IMG/VR virus record: IMGVR_UViG_3300008113_000126
Length of the DNA: 64,000 bases
Source: an uncultured virus (IMG/VR IMGVR_UViG_3300008113_000126)
Lineage: Duplodnaviria; Heunggongvirae; Uroviricota; Caudoviricetes
Reading direction: 5' to 3' (one strand)
The translations under genes and the position numbers were made by a program. Shown one piece after another: positions 9,170 through 18,787 of the stretch (within the stretch, counting starts at the first letter, position 1; each line of letters opens with the position of its first letter). Below the pieces are notes generated by a model, which had not been told where the DNA came from, searched no databases, and saw only the letters and a list, made by a program, of their open reading frames with translations.

Positions 9170-11239
9170 ATGGCTGGTATGGACACGGCAGCAATGGAAG
9201 TTCTGCTTACTGATCTTCTCAAAGAAGCAAGAGCTCAAGGTAAGCAATCAACAGCAATGTTTATAAGGCTGGCCAAAGCCGCGGGTCTTGATCCAAAAAT
9301 TATTAAAGAAGCTGAAGCTCGACTCAAAGATCTAGGCGATTCAGCAGAAACGGCCGCAACGGCACAGAATAAACTTGGTAAGGTAGGCAGTGTTGTAGGT
9401 AGTCTTTTATCTGATCTAGTAGGCGGACTTACAGCTACAGTTGGAAATTTAGTTAAGTTTGCTGCCAGTACTCTATCTGGTAAAGCACAGATGAGTGGCC
9501 TGTTTGACGCATTCAAAGACCTTCCTATTATTGGTACAGTTGCTTCTTTATTTGGAGCAATAGTAAAATTACAAGAAGAAAATTTACAAGTATACAGAGA
9601 TCTCAATTCAAGCGGTGTTAACTTTGGTACATCATTAAGTCAACTACGAGTTGATTTTTTAGAAATGGGACTTACTGCTGAATCGTTTACTCGTCTTATG
9701 AAAGATGCAGGAGAGACTCTAGTTACAATGGGAGTAACTGCTACCGCAGGAGCAAAACAACTTAAAGCTGTCAATAAAGAATTACTTGCCAATCATAAAG
9801 GCCTATTAAGTTTGGGGTTTAGTTACGAACAACTTAATCATCTTACTTTAGATTATGCCAAAGCAATGGGAGGTTTATCTGAACAACAACAAAGAGATTC
9901 AAAATACACAGCTAAACTGGTTGCAGAATACGGAAAAGAATTAGACCTACTATCTAAAATTACAGGTAAGAGTAGAGAGCAGATACAGAAAGATCTAGAA
10001 AAACAAACTCAAGAATCTAACTGGAAAGCATTTATGGCATCAAAAGATGAAAAAACAAGATTAAAATTAGAAAAAGTTCTTAAAGATGTTACTGCGGTCT
10101 ACGGAGAAGCTGGAGGAGATATTGCCAAGGCAAGGGCTATGGGGTTTGCTGTTCAAAGTGAAGCGGGCCAGATGCTATATTCTCTAGCAACAAACGCAGG
10201 ACGGTCTATTGATCAAATGATTGACAGCGCCAGCAATGGATCTGTATCAGTAAAACAAATTGAAGAAGAGTCGTCAAGACGACAGGCCAAATTACAAATG
10301 GAATTAGCCAAAGCATACCCTCAACTGGCAAGTGTATTTCAGGCATTAGCATTACAAGGTGATCAAACATATGCAAAAATTTCAGTAATGCCAGAAGTAT
10401 ACGCAAGATTAACAAATGCAAATATAACCAGTGAAGAACAACTGTATCGAGTAATTGAAGCAGAAAAAATAAGACTTAAAAGTATTGAAGATGCAACTGC
10501 GGCTAATCAAGCAGAATTACAAGCACAATTAGCGTCAGAAGAACAATTAAGGAAATTGGCAATAACATTAGGTCAAGCATTAAGTCCATTAATTGCTGGA
10601 ATTGTTATACCGACTCTTAATTATTTAAACGAAAATCTTGGTAAAGTCATTGTTACGTTACGAGATTGGGTTCCAAAAATTATACAATTTATAAATGATC
10701 TGTTTTCTCCTTCAGGGCGAGAAAAAATAATGACCGACATTGCAGAATTTTTAAAAGGTCTATTTGGAAAAATATGGGAAATGGTTAAACCTAGTTGGGC
10801 AGATACTGCTGGCAAGGTAGCGTCAACTGCCGGATATACACTGGCAGGAGCAGGGGCAGGAGCAGTTACTGGTGCAACAATAGGCATGCTAGGAGGTCCA
10901 GGCGGCGCAGCCGTAGGCGCTCTTGCAGGAGCAATAACTGGTCTGATTGCTGGCATGTTCCAAAATTTTGTCTCAAGGGATGATGGTAGTTTAGGAGCAA
11001 CAGGACAACCATTTGAAGATTTTGGCAAAGGAACTCCTGCAATGCTACACGGTACAGAAGGTGTTTTCAAACCGGAACAAATAGCCGGTCTAATGTCTGC
11101 CAACACCGCAGAAACTTTAAGAACCGTTGCACAGAACTTAAATACAGCAGAGATGGTTGCACAACTAAAGATCATTGCCGAAAACTCACGTAGAACTTAT
11201 GATGCAGTATTAGGCATATCTGGCGATGCATTTGCATAA
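9170..11239 (+). CDS. Putative tape measure protein
   Basis: Long Ala/Leu/Gln-rich helical protein with hydrophobic Gly-rich C-terminal segment and terminal G..AMLHGTE.V motif; divergent from hub genes; start taken at ATG 9170. Confidence 0.6.
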   Translation: MAGMDTAAMEVLLTDLLKEARAQGKQSTAMFIRLAKAAGLDPKIIKEAEARLKDLGDSAETAATAQNKLGKVGSVVGSLLSDLVGGLTATVGNLVKFAASTLSGKAQMSGLFDAFKDLPIIGTVASLFGAIVKLQEENLQVYRDLNSSGVNFGTSLSQLRVDFLEMGLTAESFTRLMKDAGETLVTMGVTATAGAKQLKAVNKELLANHKGLLSLGFSYEQLNHLTLDYAKAMGGLSEQQQRDSKYTAKLVAEYGKELDLLSKITGKSREQIQKDLEKQTQESNWKAFMASKDEKTRLKLEKVLKDVTAVYGEAGGDIAKARAMGFAVQSEAGQMLYSLATNAGRSIDQMIDSASNGSVSVKQIEEESSRRQAKLQMELAKAYPQLASVFQALALQGDQTYAKISVMPEVYARLTNANITSEEQLYRVIEAEKIRLKSIEDATAANQAELQAQLASEEQLRKLAITLGQALSPLIAGIVIPTLNYLNENLGKVIVTLRDWVPKIIQFINDLFSPSGREKIMTDIAEFLKGLFGKIWEMVKPSWADTAGKVASTAGYTLAGAGAGAVTGATIGMLGGPGGAAVGALAGAITGLIAGMFQNFVSRDDGSLGATGQPFEDFGKGTPAMLHGTEGVFKPEQIAGLMSANTAETLRTVAQNLNTAEMVAQLKIIAENSRRTYDAVLGISGDAFA

Positions 11240-11253
11240 TTTGGAGTCAAATT

Positions 11254-12966
11254 TTGAGTTGGAAAAAATATTTTACACCAGTTGATACTACTGGACAGAT
11301 GAGTGTTATATCATCTGGAGCCTCGAGACCTAATATGTCTCGTACTAATTACAGCAGTTATCTCCCTGATGTATACAGCGGGCATCCTAATCGTTTAGAA
11401 CGTTACGGTCAATATGATTCAATGGATACTGACAGCGAAGTTAATGCCGCTTTTGATATTCTTGCTGAATTCTGCACACAGATGAACGATGAGAACGGAA
11501 CACCGTTTCAAGTATTTTTTAAAGAACAGGCAACTAGTACTGAAGTTAAAATTATTAAAAAGTATCTACAGCAGTGGACTAAACTTAATAAATTTCAAAC
11601 ACGAATTTTTAAAATGGTGCGTAATGCCTTTAAGTATGGAGACGTATTCTTTATTCGTGACCCTGAAACACAAGCATGGTTTTATGTAGACCCACAAAAA
11701 GTTGATAAAGTTATTGTTAACGAAAGTGAAGGTAAAAAACCTGAACAATATGTATTGCGTGATCTTAATGTAAATTTTCAAAACTTAACTGTTACTGCAA
11801 TTAATCCTACTAATCAAAACGTTACTCCGGGCGGAACTGCGTACCTCACAGGTGGCGCCCAACAAAAAGGCATGGTTGGCGGCTTTGGTGGACAAGCAGG
11901 CGCCGGCGGACGATTTTCAAATAACATACAACAATGGGCAATTGATGCAAAGCACGTTATTCACTTGTCAATGAGTGAAGGTTTAGACAATAACTTTCCG
12001 TTTGGTAACAGCCTAATGGAGACTATTTTTAAAGTCTACAAACAAAAAGAATTACTTGAAGATGCCATCATCATCTATCGTGTACAACGTGCGCCAGAGC
12101 GTAGAGTATTCTATATTGACGTAGGTAACATGCCTAGTCACTTGGCCATGGGCTTTGTGGAACGTGTTAAAAATGAAGTAAATCAACGCAGAATACCAAG
12201 TGCCGCAGGTGGCGGCCAAAGTGTTATCGACAGTAGTTACAATCCGTTAAGCATTAATGAAGACTATTTCTTCCCACAAACCGCAGAAGGCCGAGGATCT
12301 AAAGTTGAAATTTTGCCAGGCGGTACTAATCTAGGTGAAATTGACGATTTACGCTATTTTACTAATAAGCTATTTAGGGCTTTGCGTATTCCTAGCAGTT
12401 ACTTACCTACCGGTCCTGATGACGGGGGATCATCATTTAATGATGGTCGAGTAGGAACTGCTTACATACAAGAATTACGCTTTAACAAGTATTGTGAACG
12501 CTTACAATCTTTAATTAACGAACAATTTGATACAGAATTTAAACTGTATCTATACAATAAAGGCATTAACGTAGACAACAATTTGTTTGATCTTAAGTTT
12601 AATCCTCCCCAAAATTTTGCCGCTTACCGTCAAGCAGAAATGGATACTGCTCGTGTAGGCACATTTGCTTCTATCGTTGAGATTCCTTTTGTAAGTAAAC
12701 GCTTTGCTCTTAAGAGATTCTTGGGTATGACACAAGAAGAAATTGCAGAAAACGAAAAACTTTGGAGAGAAGAAAATATCGATCAAGGTACTAATTTAAG
12801 TGCCCAAGCAGAATTACGTAGTGCAGGTATTACTGCAAGCGGAATTCAAGGGGATATTGACAGTCTCGAAGGAGCAACTGAGCCTCCGGAAGATATGGAA
12901 GACGGTGAAACAGGTATGGCTCCAATGCCAAGCACTCCAGAAACTACACCGACTCCTGCGGTATAA
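11254..12966 (+). CDS. Portal vertex protein gp20
   Basis: LLEDAIIIYRVQRAPERRVFYIDVGNMP, EDYFFP, GRGSKVEILPGG.NLGEIDD motifs; TTG start with GGAG RBS. Confidence 0.95.
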   Translation: MSWKKYFTPVDTTGQMSVISSGASRPNMSRTNYSSYLPDVYSGHPNRLERYGQYDSMDTDSEVNAAFDILAEFCTQMNDENGTPFQVFFKEQATSTEVKIIKKYLQQWTKLNKFQTRIFKMVRNAFKYGDVFFIRDPETQAWFYVDPQKVDKVIVNESEGKKPEQYVLRDLNVNFQNLTVTAINPTNQNVTPGGTAYLTGGAQQKGMVGGFGGQAGAGGRFSNNIQQWAIDAKHVIHLSMSEGLDNNFPFGNSLMETIFKVYKQKELLEDAIIIYRVQRAPERRVFYIDVGNMPSHLAMGFVERVKNEVNQRRIPSAAGGGQSVIDSSYNPLSINEDYFFPQTAEGRGSKVEILPGGTNLGEIDDLRYFTNKLFRALRIPSSYLPTGPDDGGSSFNDGRVGTAYIQELRFNKYCERLQSLINEQFDTEFKLYLYNKGINVDNNLFDLKFNPPQNFAAYRQAEMDTARVGTFASIVEIPFVSKRFALKRFLGMTQEEIAENEKLWREENIDQGTNLSAQAELRSAGITASGIQGDIDSLEGATEPPEDMEDGETGMAPMPSTPETTPTPAV

Positions 12967-12982
12967 TTAGGTAAATATTAAC

Positions 12983-13225
12983 ATGTTATTACAAGAATTT
13001 ATTTACTTTGAAAAAGATTCTGGAGACCTAAAGTCTAATAATCGCTATGACTCTGATAGAGACACCAGTGTTATTATTAATAAAGACACAAGAAAAATGC
13101 GTCTTACTCTTGAAATGTTAAACAGTTTACGCAAAGCAGGCGATGCTCGAGAACAAGAGACGAAAGAAGATCTTGAATTAGTAAGAATAATGTATGCAAT
13201 TCCCGAAGAAGAACCGACGGAATAA
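12983..13225 (+). CDS. Small head-region protein
   Basis: 80 aa; DTRKMRLTL..LN.LRK motif; TAAATA promoter 5 nt upstream. Confidence 0.65.
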   Translation: MLLQEFIYFEKDSGDLKSNNRYDSDRDTSVIINKDTRKMRLTLEMLNSLRKAGDAREQETKEDLELVRIMYAIPEEEPTE

Positions 13226-13408
13226 TATTGTACTTTAACATTATTGACGTCAAACTAAATATTTTGACAGAAAAAAACCTCAAAATGGGTTATAAATTTC
13301 CTGACTGTTGTCAAAAACGACCGTTTTTGGCCTATTTCGCATAAGTAAATCATCTTGGCTGTAAATAACATTGACAGCCTTGCCAGTCTAATATAGGAGA
13401 AACCCGCA

Positions 13409-14434
13409 ATGTCTAAAAAGTTTGAACAACTTCTAGATTATCTTGTCAACGAGGAAATGGACAAGGCAAACGAATTATTCCATGAGATCGTTGTAGAAAA
13501 ATCTAGAGAAATTTATGAAAATATGATAGCTGAAGAAGCAGAAGAAGAATCTGTTGACGAAGCTGATAATGCAGATGATGCAGATGAGTCTGTTGAAGAA
13601 GCAGATGAAGATGTAGAAGAAGATGAGTCAATTGAAGAAGGCTTTGGTGCTGACGACGATGCACCTGCCGATGATGAGACATCTATGTCTATTGGCGGTG
13701 ATGGTGATGCCAGTGACGATTTTTCTGCAGATGTAGCAGCCCCAGATGATGATAATCAAGCAGCTGGTGGAGATATGAGCGCAGGTGAAGAACAAATCAT
13801 CGACATTCTTACTCAACTAAAACAAGAATTCCAAGACATCGTTCAAAGCCACGGCAGTGAAGACGAACCAGCAGAACCAACTTTTGGTGATGATGATTCT
13901 GCTCCTGCAGATGATGACAGCCAAGACGATGATGAAGACAAACCAGATGCAGAAAGCATGGGACAACCAATGCGTGAGTATGTAGAAACTGTCGGTAACG
14001 ATTGGCATAAAAACAGCATGAAGTCACCTGGCCCAGTTGGTTCTGGTCGCGGCGACAAAGCTGGTCAAGCTACTGAAACAAATACAAAGAGTCCTGGATT
14101 ACAAAATCCAAAAGGACGTCCTACAACAACTGCTAGTGCAAAAAATATTGCACAAGGCGGTACTGGCGTAGGAGAAATGAGTGGTACAAGCCCAAATGCA
14201 GACAAAGGTTCACGTGGCCTAGTTGGCAGTACAAAGGGTGAGTTTACAAAAGGTGTTGAAAAGAACCTATCTAGCAGTTCAAAATCTAGCTTTGGTAACG
14301 GATCTTCACTAAACAAAGTTCCACAAGGCAACAAGACAGGTGAAGGTGCTCCAGTTGGTTCTGGTTCCGGCGACAAAGCTGGCCAAACAGGCGGAAACAC
14401 AAATACACGTTCACCAGTTGATAGAAAGTTTTAA
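13409..14434 (+). CDS. Acidic prohead core/scaffold-associated protein
   Basis: Very Asp/Glu-rich N-half, Gly/Ser/Lys-rich C-half, between portal and protease; TAAATA at 13362 and AGGAG RBS. Confidence 0.65.
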   Translation: MSKKFEQLLDYLVNEEMDKANELFHEIVVEKSREIYENMIAEEAEEESVDEADNADDADESVEEADEDVEEDESIEEGFGADDDAPADDETSMSIGGDGDASDDFSADVAAPDDDNQAAGGDMSAGEEQIIDILTQLKQEFQDIVQSHGSEDEPAEPTFGDDDSAPADDDSQDDDEDKPDAESMGQPMREYVETVGNDWHKNSMKSPGPVGSGRGDKAGQATETNTKSPGLQNPKGRPTTTASAKNIAQGGTGVGEMSGTSPNADKGSRGLVGSTKGEFTKGVEKNLSSSSKSSFGNGSSLNKVPQGNKTGEGAPVGSGSGDKAGQTGGNTNTRSPVDRKF

Positions 14435-14447
14435 TTAGAGATCGTTA

Positions 14448-15077
14448 ATGAAACTATCTTATCTACGAGAACATTTAAGTTTTGATCAGGCAGGGGTTGT
14501 ATTAGAGTCTGACGACAAGGAAGGCAAAAATCTTTATCTTAAAGGTATTGCTATTCAAGGCGGCATTCGTAATCAAAACCAGCGGGTTTATCCAGTTCGA
14601 GAAATCGAGAATGCTGTTAAGACTCTCAACGACCAAATTCAAAATGGTTACAGTGTATTAGGTGAGGTAGATCATCCTGATGATCTTAAAGTTAATTTGG
14701 ACCGAGTAAGCCATATGATCACAAACATGTGGATGGAAGGTCCTAACGGATATGGCAAAATGAAGATTTTGCCAACTCCAATGGGTAATTTAATTCGTAC
14801 TATGCTTGAAAGCGGCGTAAAACTTGGTGTAAGTTCTAGAGGAAGCGGAAACGTTGATGAGAGAACTGGCGAAGTAGCCGAATTTGAAATTATTACAGTA
14901 GACGTAGTTGCCCAGCCTTCAGCGCCAGGAGCTTATCCTACACCGGTTTATGAACATCTTTTAAATGCAAGAGGTGGTAGTAGAGCGTTTAGGGTGGCGC
15001 AAGAAGTACAACAAGACCCAAAAAAAGACAAGTATCTCCGCGAGGCGATGCTTAACATAATCAACGGTTTGAAATAA
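14448..15077 (+). CDS. Prohead protease gp21
   Basis: N.N.RVYP, LGEVDHP, RVSH, LGVSSRGSG, D.VAQPSAP.AY motifs. Confidence 0.93.
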   Translation: MKLSYLREHLSFDQAGVVLESDDKEGKNLYLKGIAIQGGIRNQNQRVYPVREIENAVKTLNDQIQNGYSVLGEVDHPDDLKVNLDRVSHMITNMWMEGPNGYGKMKILPTPMGNLIRTMLESGVKLGVSSRGSGNVDERTGEVAEFEIITVDVVAQPSAPGAYPTPVYEHLLNARGGSRAFRVAQEVQQDPKKDKYLREAMLNIINGLK

Positions 15078-15090
15078 CCGGAAGGAGAAC

Positions 15091-16182
15091 GTGATGTTGG
15101 ACGCATTCAAACAACTAGTTGAGTCAGGCGTGATGACCGTGGAAACACAATCCGTTATCGAGTCTGCCTTCGCTAAAAAAATTCAAGAGAATCGCGACCA
15201 AGTCACCGCTGAACTTCGTGAAGAATTTGCACACAAGTATGAACACGATAAAGGTGTCATGGTTGAAGCAATCGACAAGATGTTGAGCGAGAGATTGGCC
15301 GCAGAAATGGCTGAACTTGCAGAAGATAAGAAATCTTTAGTAGAAGCTAAAGTTGCTTATCAACATAAAATGAAATCTGATGCGAAAGTATTAGAATCGT
15401 TTGTGCTAGGTCAGCTAGGAAAAGAATTGGTAGAATTCCAAAATGATCGTCAGAAAGTTTCGGAAAACTTCCAGAAACTCGAGCAGTTCGTGGTTCACGC
15501 ACTTGCAAGAGAAATCAGTGAATTCGCAGCCGATAAGCGTGATTTAGCAGAGACCAAGGTTAAACTTGTTCGCGAAGCTAAAACACAATTTGAAGCTATT
15601 AAGAAGCAGTTCATTCAACGTAGCGCCGCAGTAGTTCAAGAAGCAGTCACTACCAAATTAACTTCTGAGATGAAACAACTCAAAGAAGATATTGATAGTG
15701 CCCGCGAGAACAGCTTTGGTCGCCGCCTGTTTGAAGCATTTGCCCAAGAATATTCTACATCTTACCTTAACGAAAAATCCGAAACAAGTAAATTGTTACA
15801 GATTATCCAAAAGAAAGATCAAGAATTAGCTGAAGCAAAGCAAGTCGTAGCAGAAAAAAGCACTATCGTAGAATCTAAAGACCGCGAAATTCGCATTACT
15901 AAAGATTTGATGGAGCGCAAAGCTGTAATGGCAGAAATGCTAGCACCTTTAAGTGCCGACAAAAAAGAAGTTATGCAATCGTTGTTAGAAAGTGTAAAAA
16001 CTTCCAGACTTCGTGATGCATATGACAAATACCTACCAGCAGTAATTGAAGGCGAGAAGAAGAAGACAACTCAAAAAGTTGCTTTAACAGAGAGCACCGA
16101 AATCACAGGCGATAAAGAGAGCAAGCCAGAGGTAGGCTTCGATAACATTTTAGATATCCGCAAGTTAGCGGGACTAAAATAA
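15091..16182 (+). CDS. Prohead core scaffold protein gp22-like
   Basis: Coiled-coil protein between protease and MCP; FGRRLFEAF motif; AAGGAG RBS. Confidence 0.8.
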   Translation: MMLDAFKQLVESGVMTVETQSVIESAFAKKIQENRDQVTAELREEFAHKYEHDKGVMVEAIDKMLSERLAAEMAELAEDKKSLVEAKVAYQHKMKSDAKVLESFVLGQLGKELVEFQNDRQKVSENFQKLEQFVVHALAREISEFAADKRDLAETKVKLVREAKTQFEAIKKQFIQRSAAVVQEAVTTKLTSEMKQLKEDIDSARENSFGRRLFEAFAQEYSTSYLNEKSETSKLLQIIQKKDQELAEAKQVVAEKSTIVESKDREIRITKDLMERKAVMAEMLAPLSADKKEVMQSLLESVKTSRLRDAYDKYLPAVIEGEKKKTTQKVALTESTEITGDKESKPEVGFDNILDIRKLAGLK

Positions 16183-16204
16183 TTAATATTCAAGGAGACA
16201 GAAA

Positions 16205-17386
16205 ATGTCACAACTATTAAATGAAAGATGGTCAGAGACCAAAGACGCTCTACTTGAAGGCCTATCCGGTACCCGCAAGTCGAGCATGAGTGTTTGTTTA
16301 GAAAACACACGTAGATATCTAGCAGAAAGTGCAACTACTGGTGCAACAAGCTCCGGTAACATTGCAACACTTAACCGTGTTATTCTTCCAGTTATCCGTC
16401 GTGTTATGCCAACAGTTATTGCCAACGAAATCATCGGCGTTCAGCCAATGACTGGCCCTGTTGGACAAATCCACACTCTACGTGTACGTTACGCAGATAC
16501 ATCATCTGGTGACAGCGTAGTTGCGGGTGATGAGGCATTAAGCCCATTCAAGATTGCTGCCGCTTATTCTGGTAACAACGTTGATGGAACACCAAAGGCT
16601 AACACCACTGCTGTTCTAGAAGGTCAACCAGGCAAGCGTATGAGCATTCAAATCTTGAAAGCTCCAGTTGAAGCGAAAAGCCGCAAGCTATCCGCTCGTT
16701 GGACTTTTGAGGCTGCACAAGATGCACAAGCCATGCAAGGTATTGACATCGAAGCAGAAATCATGGCTGCTCTAGCACAAGAAATCACTGCTGAAATTGA
16801 CCAAGAGATTCTACAATCTCTACGTACTCTAGCTTCAGTTGAGCAAACATATGACCAGTCACTAGTTTCTGGTACAGCTACGTTCGTAGGTGATGAGCAT
16901 GCCGCTCTAGCTATCCAAATCAACCGTGTTGCTAACTTAATTGCTCAGCGTACACGTCGTGGTGCGGCTAACTGGGCTGTTGTTTCTAACCAAGCTCTTA
17001 CAATTCTACAAAGTGCTACAACTTCTGCGTTCGCAAGAACAACAGAAGGTACATTCGAAGCTCCTACAAACACCAAGTTTGTTGGTACATTGAATGGCGC
17101 AATGAGAATTTATGTTGACGCATATAAGACAGACAGCGATGACAACAACCAAGTATTAGTTGGATACAAAGGTACTAGCGAAGCAGATGCTGCCGCGTTC
17201 TATTGCCCATACATTCCTCTAATGTCTTCTGGTGTTGTTCTTGACCCAGCAACATTCGAGCCAGTAGTTGGCTTCCTAACACGTTACGGTTATGTAGAGT
17301 TGAACAATACTGCTTCTTCTCTAGGTAATGCCGCTGACTACCTAGGTAAAGTTGCTATCACTAGCGCAACAGTAAGCTTCAAGTAA
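16205..17386 (+). CDS. Major capsid protein gp23
   Basis: IIGVQPMTGPVGQI, VEAKSRKLSARWTFEAAQD, EITAEIDQE, YCPYIPL, FEPVVGFLTRYG; strongly biased codon use. Confidence 0.97.
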   Translation: MSQLLNERWSETKDALLEGLSGTRKSSMSVCLENTRRYLAESATTGATSSGNIATLNRVILPVIRRVMPTVIANEIIGVQPMTGPVGQIHTLRVRYADTSSGDSVVAGDEALSPFKIAAAYSGNNVDGTPKANTTAVLEGQPGKRMSIQILKAPVEAKSRKLSARWTFEAAQDAQAMQGIDIEAEIMAALAQEITAEIDQEILQSLRTLASVEQTYDQSLVSGTATFVGDEHAALAIQINRVANLIAQRTRRGAANWAVVSNQALTILQSATTSAFARTTEGTFEAPTNTKFVGTLNGAMRIYVDAYKTDSDDNNQVLVGYKGTSEADAAAFYCPYIPLMSSGVVLDPATFEPVVGFLTRYGYVELNNTASSLGNAADYLGKVAITSATVSFK

Positions 17387-17403
17387 TTTGAAATTACTCA
17401 AAA

Positions 17404-17430
17404 CAAAAGGACTCTTCGGAGTCCTTTTTG
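17404..17430 (+). terminator. Rho-independent terminator after MCP
   Basis: AAAAGGACTC-TTCG-GAGTCCTTTTT. Confidence 0.9.
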
Positions 17431-17514
17431 TTTACACAATAAATAACAATGTTCAAATGAACTTATAGCGGTCGCCACCGCGTAGGCCCAGAACGCTAAT
17501 CAAGGAGAAATAAA

Positions 17515-18012
17515 ATGGCAAAAGGTATGAAAATCGCAAAAGGTAGTTCACCACAAATTGATGTGTCAATTACCCCAGAGCAAATAAATGTTCCAATTAC
17601 TACAACAACTAACGAAACAGTTTACTTCGGTGGTGTTGGTGGTAATCCAGATGTAGTTAATACGTTAACTATCAAAGTATGGTATAAAGATTCCGACGGT
17701 GTTGCATATTCCGACGGTTATATCGATTCACAAAAAGGTCGAAAACAATTTGTAATAAAGAGTCCTAGCACTTCTACAGTTACAAGGGCTACTCTTACAG
17801 CCGTAACTGCAACGACAGCACTTACCACCGGTCAAATGGCAATTAAGGCTATTAGTAATACTGGTGTTGCTTTTTGGGCCAGTAGAATTACTAACAAATA
17901 TGTTTGGAACGGCGATAACCGTTATCGTTATGCAACAGTAAGTAGTGGTACTATAACTGCGGTTGACACTGCAAATGCTACTCTAACTTATGCAGTAGTT
18001 CAAGGTGTTTAA
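17515..18012 (+). CDS. Probable virion structural (head decoration-like) protein
   Basis: 165 aa Thr-rich; own TAAATA promoter (17440), AAGGAG RBS and terminator. Confidence 0.6.
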   Translation: MAKGMKIAKGSSPQIDVSITPEQINVPITTTTNETVYFGGVGGNPDVVNTLTIKVWYKDSDGVAYSDGYIDSQKGRKQFVIKSPSTSTVTRATLTAVTATTALTTGQMAIKAISNTGVAFWASRITNKYVWNGDNRYRYATVSSGTITAVDTANATLTYAVVQGV

Positions 18013-18031
18013 TTAATTTAACCTAGATAAG

Positions 18032-18054
18032 AAACGCCCGCAAGGGCGTTTTTT
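18032..18054 (+). terminator. Rho-independent terminator
   Basis: AAACGCCC-GCAA-GGGCGTTTTTT. Confidence 0.9.
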
Positions 18055-18071
18055 ATTGAATAAATATTGAT

Positions 18072-18780
18072 ATGGCCAAACCTTTAAATCGCCGCCTGTT
18101 CGGCAATGACACAATTAATGTCCACAAGTGGACTGCATATCGAAGAAATACTACTGCCACTGACAATTTTATAGGTGGGGAAGGTGTATGGGATATTAAA
18201 GTTGTAAGTACTGGTTCTGGATATATGGACTGGTATCCAGCATGGCAAATACAAACAGGTAGGACTTTAACTGGAACACTAACAGTGTATTGGGAAGCAT
18301 CGACTCCAGAGTTACCTGGTGGAGTAGCAGCTTATGGACAGATGGGTATCAGTATGCGTAACGGCGGCGTTGATCCAGACTCAGTATATTGGTTTGACAA
18401 GGGATCAGGTTATATACAACCGCCTACAATAAATTTAGCTTGGGATTATGTAAATCAACCAGTTCAACAACGTGCAGTATTTGAAACACAATTAAGAAAT
18501 ATTACTCCAAACGCAATAGGAGTATATGCTATTCCGCCTGAACCATTAATATCTGGTCAACCTATAACCAATGTTTCGTATCCTGCTGATATAGTTAAAC
18601 AGATAAGTGATAAGAAATTTCACTTAACAATTACATAATGTAACACTTTATAGAAAACAATTGTCTGGCCTAGGTCCTTTTATCTACAACACAAATGACA
18701 GAGCCAAATGGACTTTTGTAGAAGCTAATGGAACAGACACTAGTCTAACAACTACTGTTGTTAAATTATTAAATTGGTAA
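18072..18780 (+). pseudogene. Structural-protein gene apparently broken by a frameshift near 18634 (ORF 18072-18638 plus a +1-frame continuation to 18780)
   Basis: ORF stops at 18638; the +1 frame 18634-18780 is open for 48 codons (HNVTLYRK...RAKWTF...KLLNW*) and ends 7 nt before the next gene. Confidence 0.5.
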
Positions 18781-18787
18781 AAAAATA

